A stretch of 64,000 nt of DNA from Candidatus Latescibacterota bacterium (GCA_965219385.1 CBDCNM010000001.1:732631-796630); one strand, 5' to 3'; counted from the stretch's first letter, positions 46,591 to 56,547 are shown. Translations and numbers: made by a program. Notes: a model not told the origin generated them from the letters alone.

Positions 46591-48826
46591 GCAGGGTACC
46601 CATTAAGATGGGAATGAAACCTTCCTCGATTTTGTTGAGATCCTGCAAGGTCAGATCGCATTCGTCCAATTCGCCTGCAGTGAATTTCTGCTGAATGATA
46701 TTGCGCACCAGCTGGCGCACCCTGTTGGGCGTGCGTTCGTTCAGGGTGCGCGCGGCGGATTCCACGGAGTCGGCCAGCATCAGGATGCCGGCTTCTTTGG
46801 TCTGTGGTTTGGGACCATCGTAGCGGAAATCGTCCTCGCGGACGCTTTCACCGCCCAGCTCGATGGCCCGGTTGTAAAAATACTCGACGACCGTGGTGCC
46901 ATGGTGCTGTGGGATGAGGTCGCAGATCGCCTTGGGTAACCCGTTCTTTTCAGCCAGTTCGAGTCCATCCTTGACATGAGAGGTGAGGACCAGAGTACTC
47001 ATGGTGGGGGTCAGGTGGTCGTGGGGATTGCGACCTCCCTGCAACCCCTGATTCTCCGAAAAATACTCTGATTTTTCCATTTTGCCAATATCGTGGTAGT
47101 AGCACCCCACGCGCACCAGCAAGGGGTTGGCGCCAATGGCTTCGGCAGCGCTTTCCGATAAGTTGGCCATGATCAGACTGTGGGTGTAGGTCCCAGGCGC
47201 GCGAATGGCCAGGTTGCGCAGAAGGGGGCGGTTCAGGTCCGAGAGTTCCAGCAGGGTAATATCTGTAGTAATGTGGAAAAGGGTTTCGAAAACAGGCAAC
47301 AGGCCCATGGTGAGGATCGGAGCGACGACGCCGATGGCAATGCCGGGTAGAATGTGCTGGTAGATTTGTTCGGGCGCTACAAAGCGCAGGAGGTCTGTTG
47401 CCGCGATGAGCAGGATATAGGAGATCGGCAGGAAAATCATGGAGCGAAAGAACTGGTTCCGGTGGCGCACGTGCAGCACCGTATAAACGGCGATGGCGGA
47501 GGTCAGGGCACAGGTTAATGCAATGTAAAAATCGCTGAAGATACTGCCGATGAAGAATGCCAGCACAAACGAAAGCACTAGACCCACCTGTGGATTGATC
47601 AGGATGGTAGTCAGCATGGCCGCCAGGGGCGTCGGCACGAGGTAGGTATCCAGTTCATTGGTCCGTATATAAGATGCCAGAGCCGCAGTGGCAACCGTGA
47701 AAATCGCCAGGAGAAGCAACTGTCCCGGCAACTGGTAGATCTCTTTTTCTCGGGTGGCCAGGTAATAGCCGAAAACAAGGGTGAAAAACGCCGCGAGCAG
47801 AGTAGCTGAAATGGTTTGCAGATAGCGGGATACAGGTTCTTCTCTTTCTTGTTCGGCGAGCTGGTCGGCCAGCGCATTCAAGGCATCGACGTGTTCCTGG
47901 GTGACCAGGGCGCCCTTTTCTATGATGACGTCATCCTGGGCATAGATTCGTTTGATACTGGCTATGCTGCGGCGGGCCTTGGCTCTGAGCCGGTGGGTCT
48001 CCTCTGCGTCGATGGTCAGGTTGGGGACGATGAACAGACGGAGCAGCTGATAGACGGCTTTTTCCACATCGCGGGTCGCGATCGTGCCGTAGGTTTTTAA
48101 CAGCGAAGGCATGGCCCCTTTTTTGAGTAGTTCCACACCGTAGAGAGCATCGATGGAGAGGGTGCGTTCCCCTATGCGCACCTGCTGGGTGACACTATTC
48201 AGGATTTCTTCTTTGGAAGCGATGATCCCGGTCCGGTATAGGGCATCGAGTGCTTGCAGGCTGGTCGTGCGAAAGTCCTGCACATAAGAGGGGGGGGCGT
48301 TGGAGAGAATACCTATGAGACTGGTCAAGGTTTCTTCAGAAAGCTTTCCTACGATGTGAGGAAGCGAATTTTGCAAGTGCTGCCGTTTCAGCGAATCGGC
48401 CATCTGCACAGCAAGAGGGGGAAGCAAGATATTGAAGACCGAATCCAGTCGGGTCAGCTGCTCCTCCTTTATTTGGGGATGGTGTTGAAGAATGCTCGGC
48501 ACCGTCCGTTCGGCCTCCAGGCGTTCCATCTCCAGTTCCTTGGTGGTTTTGGGAACCTGAAATAGAACGAGAGCCTCCAGGCGCTTAGGGGCCTGAAGGC
48601 CCACCCGCAGTTCGGGTATGCTGGAGGGACGCTGATAGGGCGAAAAGTAGGTTAACAGGGCAATGACCAGGACCGCCAGGAGCAGACGGTATACCTGCAG
48701 ACCACGCTGTCCCCAGCCCGCTTTTTGCCCCTGCCTGGAACGGGGGGCATGCCACCACCAGCGTTTGGGATGGAAAAGTTTCATTAACCGTTGGAGACTA
48801 CTTTGGGGGAGAGGCTGACTGCTCAT
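46520..48826 (-). CDS. 7TM-HD family phosphohydrolase (PgpH-like)
   Basis: Large extracytoplasmic domain, TM bundle, APGTY.HS, YHDIGK, HHGT, ADSVE. Confidence 0.9.
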   Translation of the reverse strand: MSSQPLPQSSLQRLMKLFHPKRWWWHAPRSRQGQKAGWGQRGLQVYRLLLAVLVIALLTYFSPYQRPSSIPELRVGLQAPKRLEALVLFQVPKTTKELEMERLEAERTVPSILQHHPQIKEEQLTRLDSVFNILLPPLAVQMADSLKRQHLQNSLPHIVGKLSEETLTSLIGILSNAPPSYVQDFRTTSLQALDALYRTGIIASKEEILNSVTQQVRIGERTLSIDALYGVELLKKGAMPSLLKTYGTIATRDVEKAVYQLLRLFIVPNLTIDAEETHRLRAKARRSIASIKRIYAQDDVIIEKGALVTQEHVDALNALADQLAEQEREEPVSRYLQTISATLLAAFFTLVFGYYLATREKEIYQLPGQLLLLAIFTVATAALASYIRTNELDTYLVPTPLAAMLTTILINPQVGLVLSFVLAFFIGSIFSDFYIALTCALTSAIAVYTVLHVRHRNQFFRSMIFLPISYILLIAATDLLRFVAPEQIYQHILPGIAIGVVAPILTMGLLPVFETLFHITTDITLLELSDLNRPLLRNLAIRAPGTYTHSLIMANLSESAAEAIGANPLLVRVGCYYHDIGKMEKSEYFSENQGLQGGRNPHDHLTPTMSTLVLTSHVKDGLELAEKNGLPKAICDLIPQHHGTTVVEYFYNRAIELGGESVREDDFRYDGPKPQTKEAGILMLADSVESAARTLNERTPNRVRQLVRNIIQQKFTAGELDECDLTLQDLNKIEEGFIPILMGTLHGRVQYPWQKKERKARKNLANPV

Positions 48827-49751
48827 AGCTTTCGTAGGCCTTGATGACCTCCTGCACCAGGGGCTTGCGAATGACGTCGCGCTGGGTCAGATAGATGAAA
48901 GCAAGCCCTGTAATATAAGTGAGAAATTTCTGGACTTCGACCAGTCCCGAGGGTTGTTCCCTGGGCAAGTCGATCTGGGTGATGTCTCCGGTTATGACTG
49001 CCTTTGACTGGCTTCCCAGGCGAGTGAGGAACATTTTCATCTGCTGGGGGGTGGTATTCTGGGCTTCGTCGAGAATGATAAAAGCTTCATTTAATGTCCG
49101 TCCGCGCATATAGGCCAGGGGCACCACCTCGACGATTTTCATATCCTGGAGACGGCGCAAACGGTCGGGTTCGAGCAAATCCTGGAGCGCATCGTAAAGT
49201 GGCCTCAGATAGGGATCTACCTTCTCTTCCAGAGCTCCGGGTAGAAAACCAAGACTCTCGCCGGCTTCAACCGCTGGTCGAGCCAGGACAATTCGGGACA
49301 CCTGTTTTTGGCGCAGAGCAGCTACTGCGGCGGCCACCGCCATATAGGTCTTACCGGTGCCGGCAGGGCCTATGGCGAAAACAATATCGTTTTTTGCTAT
49401 GGCTCTGAGGTATTCGGCCTGGCCTTCGGTCCGGGCTTTAACAGTGGTCTTGTAGGTCTTGATCAGGCCTGTATCCACCGACTCGTGCGTGCAGGGGGTT
49501 TCTTGCTGGATCAGGGCTTTTATTTCTTCCTCATTGATTTCTGTTTCGCGGTGCAACTTTTCGATGAGGTAGGTAAGTAGTTCGGTGGCGCTCCGGACGG
49601 CTTCCTCAGGACCATTGAGCAACAGTTTATCTCTCCGGGCAACCAGAGAAATACCGTATTTTTTTTCTATGAGGGCGAGGTGCTGATCATTTCTGCCGAA
49701 TAGAGACAGAAGATCGGTGTCGGCAATGGATATGCTGTTATGGATTTCCAA
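48798..49751 (-). CDS. phoH: PhoH family ATPase
   Basis: GPAGTGKT, RPAVEAGE.LGFLPG, YMRGRTL, DEAQN. Confidence 0.93.
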   Translation of the reverse strand: MEIHNSISIADTDLLSLFGRNDQHLALIEKKYGISLVARRDKLLLNGPEEAVRSATELLTYLIEKLHRETEINEEEIKALIQQETPCTHESVDTGLIKTYKTTVKARTEGQAEYLRAIAKNDIVFAIGPAGTGKTYMAVAAAVAALRQKQVSRIVLARPAVEAGESLGFLPGALEEKVDPYLRPLYDALQDLLEPDRLRRLQDMKIVEVVPLAYMRGRTLNEAFIILDEAQNTTPQQMKMFLTRLGSQSKAVITGDITQIDLPREQPSGLVEVQKFLTYITGLAFIYLTQRDVIRKPLVQEVIKAYESYEQSASPPK

Positions 49752-49803
49752 CGCAGGTTGAATAAATAGGACGAGGATCCCCGAGTTAATCGAGCTAATA
49801 AAA

Positions 49804-49863
49804 ATTACACAAGAAGGGGTTTGAATTCCTCAAGTGGGAGGTTCAAACCCCTTCTTGTGTAAT
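49804..49863. terminator. 22-bp perfect inverted repeat after the LysM gene
   Basis: ATTACACAAGAAGGGGTTTGAA (49804-49825) / TTCAAACCCCTTCTTGTGTAAT (49842-49863). Confidence 0.75.
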
Positions 49864-49909
49864 CATCAAGGTAGAGTGTGTCGCTGGGTAAGAGCTGAAA
49901 TGAGAATTT

Positions 49910-50749
49910 TTAGTTGGCCGGTATTTCCAGGACTTGAGCTGGGAAGATCAGATCTTTTTCGACGATCTGTTTTTCATTGGCCATATATATTTTGTGCCAT
50001 TTTCTCGGGTCGTTGTACACCGCCGCGGCGATTTTGAAGAGGAAGTCGCCGCGCGTCACCAGGTACTGATTGGCTCCTACTGCCACGGGTATATCGAGGA
50101 CCTGATTGGGATAGATCAGGTCGGGATCCTCGATCTTATCCCGGTTGGCGCGATAAATCCTGGGCCACATGTACGGATCTGAGTAGATGGTTTCTTTTTC
50201 GGCTATGCCCCAGAGGTGGTCGCCCTTGGTGACGGTATAGTCGAATTGGCTTAACTGGCGAACCCCCTGGTCCTGGAGCTGATTCAACATGCTTTCAATC
50301 CGGGCCAACTTGGGGGCCACTTCAGGAAGGGCGGAAATCTTGTTCTTTTTGAGTTCGGCCAGCTGCATGGCGAGGTCTTCCAGCTCCATGCGGTGGTGCA
50401 TGTAAATCTCTTCGGGCGCCAGGGCCATCAGCCCTTCCAGCTGGCTGATCAGGGCATCCAGCTTATTATGGTAGTCGCCGATCTCGGCCTGTGATGCTTC
50501 CACCAGCCCCAGAATGTCGCCCTCGATGGAGTTTATCTCAGCATCCAGCGCGTCGAGCTGGCTCTTCAGGGAAGCGATCTTGGCATCACAGTCGGCTATT
50601 GCTTTATTGGCTTCTTCCTCCGCAGCGGTGTACTCGGCCATCTTGGCAACGTAATCTTCGCGGGTCATTTTGTCTTCGGCAGCTGAAACCGTGCTGGTCG
50701 CGCCGACCAGAAGCACGAAGATCAAGCCGCCCGGGATACACTTAGTCAT
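49910..50749 (-). CDS. Exported coiled-coil protein with two LysM domains
   Basis: YTV.KGD.LW.IA...W..IY.AN...I.DPDLIYP.Q.L.IP pattern twice. Confidence 0.9.
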   Translation of the reverse strand: MTKCIPGGLIFVLLVGATSTVSAAEDKMTREDYVAKMAEYTAAEEEANKAIADCDAKIASLKSQLDALDAEINSIEGDILGLVEASQAEIGDYHNKLDALISQLEGLMALAPEEIYMHHRMELEDLAMQLAELKKNKISALPEVAPKLARIESMLNQLQDQGVRQLSQFDYTVTKGDHLWGIAEKETIYSDPYMWPRIYRANRDKIEDPDLIYPNQVLDIPVAVGANQYLVTRGDFLFKIAAAVYNDPRKWHKIYMANEKQIVEKDLIFPAQVLEIPAN

Positions 50750-50777
50750 CTCTGCCAGGCCCTTTCTATATGGGTTT

Positions 50778-51065
50778 CTAGTCCATCTCGGCGAGCGCTA
50801 CCTTGGTAGCGGCCCGTTTTTCTTCGAGTGCCTTCTTGGTGGCTTTTTTCTCTGCCACCTTGCGCTCGAGATGAGCTTTCTCTGCTTTCTTTTCTTGCAC
50901 TTGCTTGTTGGCTGCTTCCACAGCCTGGCGCTTCTCTTCCAGTGCGCTCAACTCTTCCTGAGAGGGCCCTCTGGCACAGCCAGACAGGAGAGGAAGGGAA
51001 AGCGCCGTCGCCACGAGGCCTAGGAAGAAATACTTGCCAATGGGAAGACGACGATTTATTTGCAA
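50778..51065 (-). CDS. Small coiled-coil lipoprotein
   Basis: GGAGGT RBS before TTG 51065; LLSGC lipobox; heptad-rich mature part. Confidence 0.75.
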   Translation of the reverse strand: MQINRRLPIGKYFFLGLVATALSLPLLSGCARGPSQEELSALEEKRQAVEAANKQVQEKKAEKAHLERKVAEKKATKKALEEKRAATKVALAEMD

Positions 51066-51175
51066 TGAAATTACCTCCCGATTGCGAAATGAAATCTTCA
51101 GAACCAATCCGCGTTTTCGCGTTTTTTGGATATTGCCCTTGGGCAGTTTGCCCACAGATTTTAAATACAGCTCAA

Positions 51176-51204
51176 AAGTTAATATGCCCCAGAGGGGATG
51201 TCAA
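51176..51204 (-). promoter_or_regulatory. sigma70 promoter for the lipoprotein-LysM pair
   Basis: TTGACA-17-TAACTT on the minus strand. Confidence 0.55.
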
Positions 51205-51243
51205 GTGAAAATTCCTGTCCTCACAAAGGGTTAAGAAATCTCT

Positions 51244-53031
51244 TCAAAGCCGTACCTGGATCCCCAGTTCGCGCAGCTGGGCCGCTGCTACTTCGGTGGG
51301 GCAGTTTTCCATCAGCCCCGTGGCTTTGTTGGTCTTGGGAAAGGCGATGACCTCGCGGATCGAATCTTCTCCGGCCAGAAGGGCCACCAGGCGATCAAAG
51401 CCGAAAGCTATGCCCCCATGAGGGGGAGCCCCATATTCCAGCGCCTCGAGTAAAAAACCGAATTTTTGCGCCGCCTCTTCCCGAGAAAGGTCGAGTAGTT
51501 CAAATATGCGGCTCTGCACCGGGCGCTGGGAAATACGGATACTACCACCGGCAATCTCATGGCCATTCAGAACCAGGTCATAGGCCCGGGCTCGCACCGC
51601 CAGCGGATCGGTGTCCAGCAGGGGCAGATCTTCCTCCAGCGGGGCAGTGAAGGGATGGTGGACGGCCGCGTAGCGACCGCTCTCAGCATCGTGTTCGAGC
51701 AAGGGAAAGCGGGTTACCCAAAGAGGGTGAAATGACGCTGTAGCAATGAGTTCAAAACGTTTCGCTAATTCGAGTCGTAAGGTGCCGAGAATGCGGGCGA
51801 CCTGGGCGGGTTGGTCGGCGATAAAGAGGAGCAAATCCCCTGGTTCGGATTCAAGCTCCCGGATGAGCAGGTCCTGGGATTGCTCGGGAAAAAACTTGAC
51901 GATAGTGGATTCCAGCCCCTTGTCCGTGTGTTTGATCCAGCTCAGCCCCTTGGCGCTCAGGTGTTGGGCAAAGGCGATCAAGTTGTCTATTTGGCTTCGA
52001 GGTAACTTACTGTGGCCTTTAAGATTGACCCCTTTTACCTGACCGCTGCTATCAAGAACACTATGAAAGACCCTGAACTCGGACGCACGGGCGGCTTCGG
52101 CAACATCGCGCAATTCCAGTCCAAAGCGGAGATCGGGCTTGTCCGAGCCGTAGGTGTCCATGGCTTCCCTGTAGGATAGCCTGGGGAAGGGGTCGGGTAG
52201 TTGGATTTGTCTGAGTCCGGCGAAGAGGGTGCGCGTGATCCTCTCGGCTACTTCCATGATGTCCTGTTCGTGGATGAAGGACATCTCGATATCGATCTGG
52301 GTGAATTCCGGCTGTCGATCAGCCCTCAGGTCTTCATCGCGGAAACACTTGACAATCTGGAAGTAGCGATCAAATCCGGACACCATGAGTAGCTGCTTAT
52401 AGGTCTGGGGCGACTGGGGCAGGGCAAAGAACCCGCCGGGGTTGACGCGGCTGGGAACCAGGTAATCGCGGGCCCCTTCCGGCGTGCTCTTGGTGAGGAA
52501 GGGGGTTTCTATTTCGATGAAGCCCATGCTGTCCATCAGGCTGCGGGTGAGTTGATAGGCCCTGTGGCGCAACAGCAAGTTGTGCTGCATGGCGGGGCGA
52601 CGCAGGTCCAGGTAGCGGTATTTGAGGCGCACCTCCTCGCCTGCTTCCAGGGAGTCGTCAATTGCAAAAGGAGGGGGGGACGAAGCACTGAGGATGCGCA
52701 GGCCATGGCAGTTCACCTCAATGGTGCCGGTTTTGAGCCGTGAATTTACCATGCCTTGGGGGCGGGCCTCGACCACGCCTTGGACGGCAATGACGTACTC
52801 GCTGCGCAGGCTTTCGGCCTTGTTGTGGGCCTGGGGGTCGTGCTGTGGATTGAAGACCGCCTGCGTAATGCCGTAGCGGTCCCGCAGGTCGATGAAGATG
52901 ACCCCTCCGTGGTCTCTCCGTCTGGCCACCCAGCCCATCAAGGTGACTGGCTGGCCGATGTCTTCACCGGTCAGGGTGCCGCAGTCGTGGGTGCGCTTCC
53001 AGTCGCCCAAGGTTTCCGCTGATTCAGACAT
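51244..53031 (-). CDS. aspS: Aspartate--tRNA ligase, probably non-discriminating
   Basis: RDHGGVIF.DLRD, ALPQSPQ, FRDEDLRADRQPEFTQ, PPHGG.AFG.DR. Confidence 0.97.
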   Translation of the reverse strand: MSESAETLGDWKRTHDCGTLTGEDIGQPVTLMGWVARRRDHGGVIFIDLRDRYGITQAVFNPQHDPQAHNKAESLRSEYVIAVQGVVEARPQGMVNSRLKTGTIEVNCHGLRILSASSPPPFAIDDSLEAGEEVRLKYRYLDLRRPAMQHNLLLRHRAYQLTRSLMDSMGFIEIETPFLTKSTPEGARDYLVPSRVNPGGFFALPQSPQTYKQLLMVSGFDRYFQIVKCFRDEDLRADRQPEFTQIDIEMSFIHEQDIMEVAERITRTLFAGLRQIQLPDPFPRLSYREAMDTYGSDKPDLRFGLELRDVAEAARASEFRVFHSVLDSSGQVKGVNLKGHSKLPRSQIDNLIAFAQHLSAKGLSWIKHTDKGLESTIVKFFPEQSQDLLIRELESEPGDLLLFIADQPAQVARILGTLRLELAKRFELIATASFHPLWVTRFPLLEHDAESGRYAAVHHPFTAPLEEDLPLLDTDPLAVRARAYDLVLNGHEIAGGSIRISQRPVQSRIFELLDLSREEAAQKFGFLLEALEYGAPPHGGIAFGFDRLVALLAGEDSIREVIAFPKTNKATGLMENCPTEVAAAQLRELGIQVRL

Positions 53032-53113
53032 GTGTTGTTTTCTTGGAAAGAGTGTGGTGGTTTCGGTCCGCAGGCCGTTTTCACCGGGAGGTAAAGCGCA
53101 AGAAAATTTAGAA

Positions 53114-53142
53114 AAATTAAGATCTGGGCCTCAGGATGTCAA
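53114..53142 (-). promoter_or_regulatory. sigma70 promoter for aspS
   Basis: TTGACA-17-TAATTT on the minus strand. Confidence 0.55.
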
Positions 53143-53165
53143 GGAGAGGGCTGAAAGGGGCCTGG

Positions 53166-53194
53166 TTGACACCATTTTAACGGTGGAATATAAT
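53166..53194 (+). promoter_or_regulatory. Perfect consensus sigma70 promoter for the cysteine cluster
   Basis: TTGACA-17-TATAAT. Confidence 0.85.
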
Positions 53195-53273
53195 TTAAGT
53201 ACTTTGACAGCGTTTTGTTCTTGCGTAACGCAGGACGGGGTTCAAGGGGAGGAGGCAAAATGAGGCCGGGAGG

Positions 53274-54230
53274 ATGGTTTTGGCAACAAATTCTGTGTCG
53301 CCTTCCACGCGTTTGCGTGGTTCGGTAGTTGAGGAGATCGGCAATACCCCCCTTTTGCGCCTGCGCGATCCCGTCATACCTCCCAGGGTCGAAGTCTATG
53401 CCAAGCTGGAGTTTTTCAATCCCGGTGGGTCGGTCAAAGATCGACCCGCGCGGCGGATGATCGAGGATGGCGAGCGGGAAGGGAGCCTGAAACCCGGCAA
53501 GATCATTCTGGATTCTACTTCGGGCAATACCGGTATTGCCTATGCCATGATCGGCGCTGCCAGGGGCTACCGGGTGCGTCTGGCCATGCCGGCCAATGTC
53601 AGCGAAGAGCGCAAATCCGTCCTGGCGGCCTACGGCGCCGAGGTGATACTCACCGATCCGGGCGAGCTCTCGGACGGCGCCATCCTGGAGGCGCGCCGGA
53701 TCCACGAGGAAAATCCGGATCTTTACTTCAAACCCGACCAGTACAACAATCCCTCCAACTGGAAAGCCCACTACAACACCACGGCTCCCGAGATCTGGCA
53801 GCAGACCCAGGGGCGGGTCACCCATTTTGTCGCCACGATCGGCACCAGCGGCACGGTGATGGGGACTGGGCGTGGACTGAAGTCGATCAATCCTGCCATC
53901 CAGGTTATAGCGGTCGAACCGGCCGATCCCTTCCACGGCATCGAAGGACTCAAGCACATGGAGAGTTCGATCGTGCCCGGGATCTACGATCAGAGTTTTT
54001 TAGACCACAAGCTTTCTATTGAAACCGATTTAGCCTACGATATCACCCTGCTGTTGCCGCGCGAGATCGGGGTCCTGGTGGGCCAGTCCTCAGGCGCGGC
54101 CTACTGGGGGGCGATTGAGGTCGCCCGGCAGCTGCGCGAAGGGGTGGTGGTGACCATTTTCTGCGACGGCGGGGACAAGTACATGAGCAGCCCGATGTGG
54201 CGGCTGGCCCTGAAGGATACCATAAGATGA
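53274..54230 (+). CDS. PLP-dependent cysteine synthase family (CysM-like, probably sulfur-carrier dependent)
   Basis: NPGGSVKDR, TSGNTG, QYNN..N, GTSGT; adjacent to JAB and ThiS/MoaD genes. Confidence 0.9.
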   Translation: MVLATNSVSPSTRLRGSVVEEIGNTPLLRLRDPVIPPRVEVYAKLEFFNPGGSVKDRPARRMIEDGEREGSLKPGKIILDSTSGNTGIAYAMIGAARGYRVRLAMPANVSEERKSVLAAYGAEVILTDPGELSDGAILEARRIHEENPDLYFKPDQYNNPSNWKAHYNTTAPEIWQQTQGRVTHFVATIGTSGTVMGTGRGLKSINPAIQVIAVEPADPFHGIEGLKHMESSIVPGIYDQSFLDHKLSIETDLAYDITLLLPREIGVLVGQSSGAAYWGAIEVARQLREGVVVTIFCDGGDKYMSSPMWRLALKDTIR

Positions 54231-54712
54231 GGGGAACCATACCCATGTTGCAACTCGACAAGCAGGAGCTGGAGAAGATCAATGCCCAGGCTGAGGCCGA
54301 GTACCCGGCCGAGTGCTGTGGGGTAATGACTGCGGGGACGGGCGGAAACGGATCCCAGGTCCATCCGTGCAAGAATATCCAGGGTCAGCTCCATGCCGAA
54401 GACCCCGACCAGTATCCGCGGGCTGCCCGGATCGCCTATTACATGGATCCGCAGGAACTCTACGATATCATCTCCAGGGCGGAGAAGGCGGGCGGGGGGG
54501 TATCGGGTTTTTATCATTCCCACATTGATTGCGAGGCCTACTTCTCCGCCGAGGACAAGGAACGGGCCATGGTCTGGGACGAGCCGGCTTATCCCGAAGC
54601 GGTGTACCTGGTTGCATCGGTGTACGAACGCCGGGTAAAAGGCTACAAGTGTTTTGCCTGGGATGAGGAAAAGCGAGATTTTGTGGAAGTAGGCCTGGAC
54701 GTGGTGGAATAA
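54227..54712 (+). CDS. Mov34/JAB (M67) metallopeptidase, Mec-like
   Basis: YP.ECCG, YHSH......S.ED. Alternative start 54245. Confidence 0.9.
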   Translation: MRGTIPMLQLDKQELEKINAQAEAEYPAECCGVMTAGTGGNGSQVHPCKNIQGQLHAEDPDQYPRAARIAYYMDPQELYDIISRAEKAGGGVSGFYHSHIDCEAYFSAEDKERAMVWDEPAYPEAVYLVASVYERRVKGYKCFAWDEEKRDFVEVGLDVVE

Positions 54713-54873
54713 AGCCCAATATCATGCCCTGGGCTGCCACCTGGTCAATACCCTGCTCCACGGGTTGAATTGGTATAAACAGGTTGTAAAAGTCGGCATG
54801 GATGCCCATCTTTTATTTTCCGCTAATGCACCTTTAGAGGATCTCAAGCCTTAGTCTTGAAGAGGAGGAAAAC

Positions 54874-55152
54874 ATGACTGTCACGGTCCAAGTGCCCACC
54901 CCCCTGAGAAAGCTGACCAACAACCAGGCCGAGGTGGATATCCAGGCGGACACCATAGGCGAACTGGTGGAAGGCCTGGAAGAGGCCTATAATGGCATCG
55001 GAGAGAAGCTGGTGGACGAGGCCGGGGAAATCCGGCGCTACGTAAACATCTACGTAAACGACGAAGACATCCGTTTCCTGGATGGGGTCGATACCTTCCT
55101 CAGCGAAGGGGACAATGTCTCCATCGTGCCGGCCATAGCCGGGGGGCGCTGA
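54874..55152 (+). CDS. MoaD/ThiS ubiquitin-like sulfur carrier (CysO-like), ending GG-R
   Basis: VPTPLR, VNIYVN.EDIR, VPAIAGGR; GAGGAGG RBS. Confidence 0.92.
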   Translation: MTVTVQVPTPLRKLTNNQAEVDIQADTIGELVEGLEEAYNGIGEKLVDEAGEIRRYVNIYVNDEDIRFLDGVDTFLSEGDNVSIVPAIAGGR

Positions 55153-55195
55153 AGAGGGCGACAGGCCGCTGGAATCCAATCTGAGGGCCGAAGCC

Positions 55196-56113
55196 ATGAA
55201 GCGAGCCAATAATGTCCTTGAATTGATCGGGGCCACGCCCATTGTGCGCCTCAACCAGGTGGTAGAGGAGGACGGGGCCGAAGTCTGGGCCAAGCTGGAG
55301 TCGGCCAATCCGGGGGGCAGTGTCAAGGACCGGATCGCCCTGGCCATGATCGAAGCGGCTGAGGCCTCCGGCCAGCTCAGGCCCGGGGGCACCATTGTCG
55401 AGCCGACCAGCGGCAACACCGGGATCGGACTGGCCATGGCCGCGGCCGTGAAGGGCTACCGGCTGATCGTCACCATGTTCGATACCGCCAGCGTCGAGCG
55501 CCGGATGCAGATGCAGGCCTACGGTGCCGAGGTGGTATTGACTCCGGCCGAGGAAGGGATGCGCGGGGCCGTGGATCGGGCCCTGGAACTCAAACAGCAG
55601 CATCCAGACTACTTTCTGCCCCAGCAATTCACCAACTTTGCCAATCCGGAAATCCACCGCTGCACCACCGGACGCGAGATCCTCGCTCAGATGGAAGGCG
55701 AAATCGATGTCCTGATTGCCGGGGTGGGCACGGGCGGCTCGGTGACCGGTATCGGCGAGGTCCTCAAGGAGGCCCTGCCTAAGGTGCGGGTCATTGCCGT
55801 GGAGCCCCAGGGCTCGCCCGTGCTCTCCGGCGGCGAACCTGGCTTTAGCTACATCGAGGGCATTGGCGCCGGGTTCGTGCCCCAGGTTCTCAACCGCCAG
55901 ATCGTCGATGAGGTGCGCACCATCGGCGATGATCACGCCTACGAGATGGCCCGCCGCCTGGCCCGGGAGGAGGGCCTACTGGTGGGCATCTCCGCCGGGG
56001 CCAATGTGTTCAAGGCGGTGGAAGTGGCTCGGGAGTTGGGGAGCGGCAAAAAAGTGGTCACGATTCTGTGCGACAGTGGATTGCGGTATTTGAGTACCCG
56101 GGTCTTTGAATAA
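55196..56113 (+). CDS. cysK: Cysteine synthase A
   Basis: SVKDRIA, EPTSGNTG, QQF.N.AN, GVGTGG, GIGAGF.P, D.G.RYLST. Confidence 0.9.
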   Translation: MKRANNVLELIGATPIVRLNQVVEEDGAEVWAKLESANPGGSVKDRIALAMIEAAEASGQLRPGGTIVEPTSGNTGIGLAMAAAVKGYRLIVTMFDTASVERRMQMQAYGAEVVLTPAEEGMRGAVDRALELKQQHPDYFLPQQFTNFANPEIHRCTTGREILAQMEGEIDVLIAGVGTGGSVTGIGEVLKEALPKVRVIAVEPQGSPVLSGGEPGFSYIEGIGAGFVPQVLNRQIVDEVRTIGDDHAYEMARRLAREEGLLVGISAGANVFKAVEVARELGSGKKVVTILCDSGLRYLSTRVFE

Positions 56114-56125
56114 ACCTGGAGTATC

Positions 56126-56380
56126 CTAATTCATGCTTTGCACCCACTTGGTCAGGCGAGACTTGTGGCGGGCGGCCATGTTTTTGTGGATAACCTTGAG
56201 CTTGGCCGTCTTGTCGATGGTGGAGAAGGCCCAGGACAAAGCTTCCTGGGCGGCTGCCTGGTCCGTTGCCTGGTGCACGGTCTTGATGGCTGTGCGCATC
56301 CTCGAGCGGGCAGCGCGATTGCGCATCTGGGCTCTGTGGCTGGTGAGCAGGCGTTTTTTCGAGGATTTTAGCTTGGGCAC
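56126..56380 (-). CDS. rpsT: 30S ribosomal protein S20
   Basis: KSSKKR...RNR..RSRMRTAIK...IHKN.AAR.KSRL; GTG 56380 with AGGAG RBS. Confidence 0.93.
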   Translation of the reverse strand: MPKLKSSKKRLLTSHRAQMRNRAARSRMRTAIKTVHQATDQAAAQEALSWAFSTIDKTAKLKVIHKNMAARHKSRLTKWVQSMN

Positions 56381-56479
56381 TCTTGCACTCCTTCTTGCTG
56401 AAAAGACTGAATAAATATAAACAGGAAATAAAAGAATGGCAAGATTCTGGCCTGTCGTCGTATCCACAGAGGATTGAAC

Positions 56480-56509
56480 TTGACATATACTTCGGATTAT
56501 CAGTATATT
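56480..56509 (+). promoter_or_regulatory. Candidate sigma70 promoter for the HNH gene
   Basis: TTGACA-18-TATATT. Confidence 0.5.
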
Positions 56510-56547
56510 AGCCATACTTTCCCCATGGGGGTTTTTCGTGGTTGCGC

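Noticed and set aside
54713..54873. SAM or other riboswitch within the cysteine cluster
   Set aside because: No recognisable conserved riboswitch core; an Rfam scan would be needed.
54227..55152. CBASS/Bil-type ubiquitin-like antiphage system
   Set aside because: No E1/E2 or cyclase; flanking cysteine synthases indicate sulfur metabolism.
56460..56468. DnaA box / replication origin
   Set aside because: Single 8/9 match (GTATCCACA); no box cluster or dnaA nearby.
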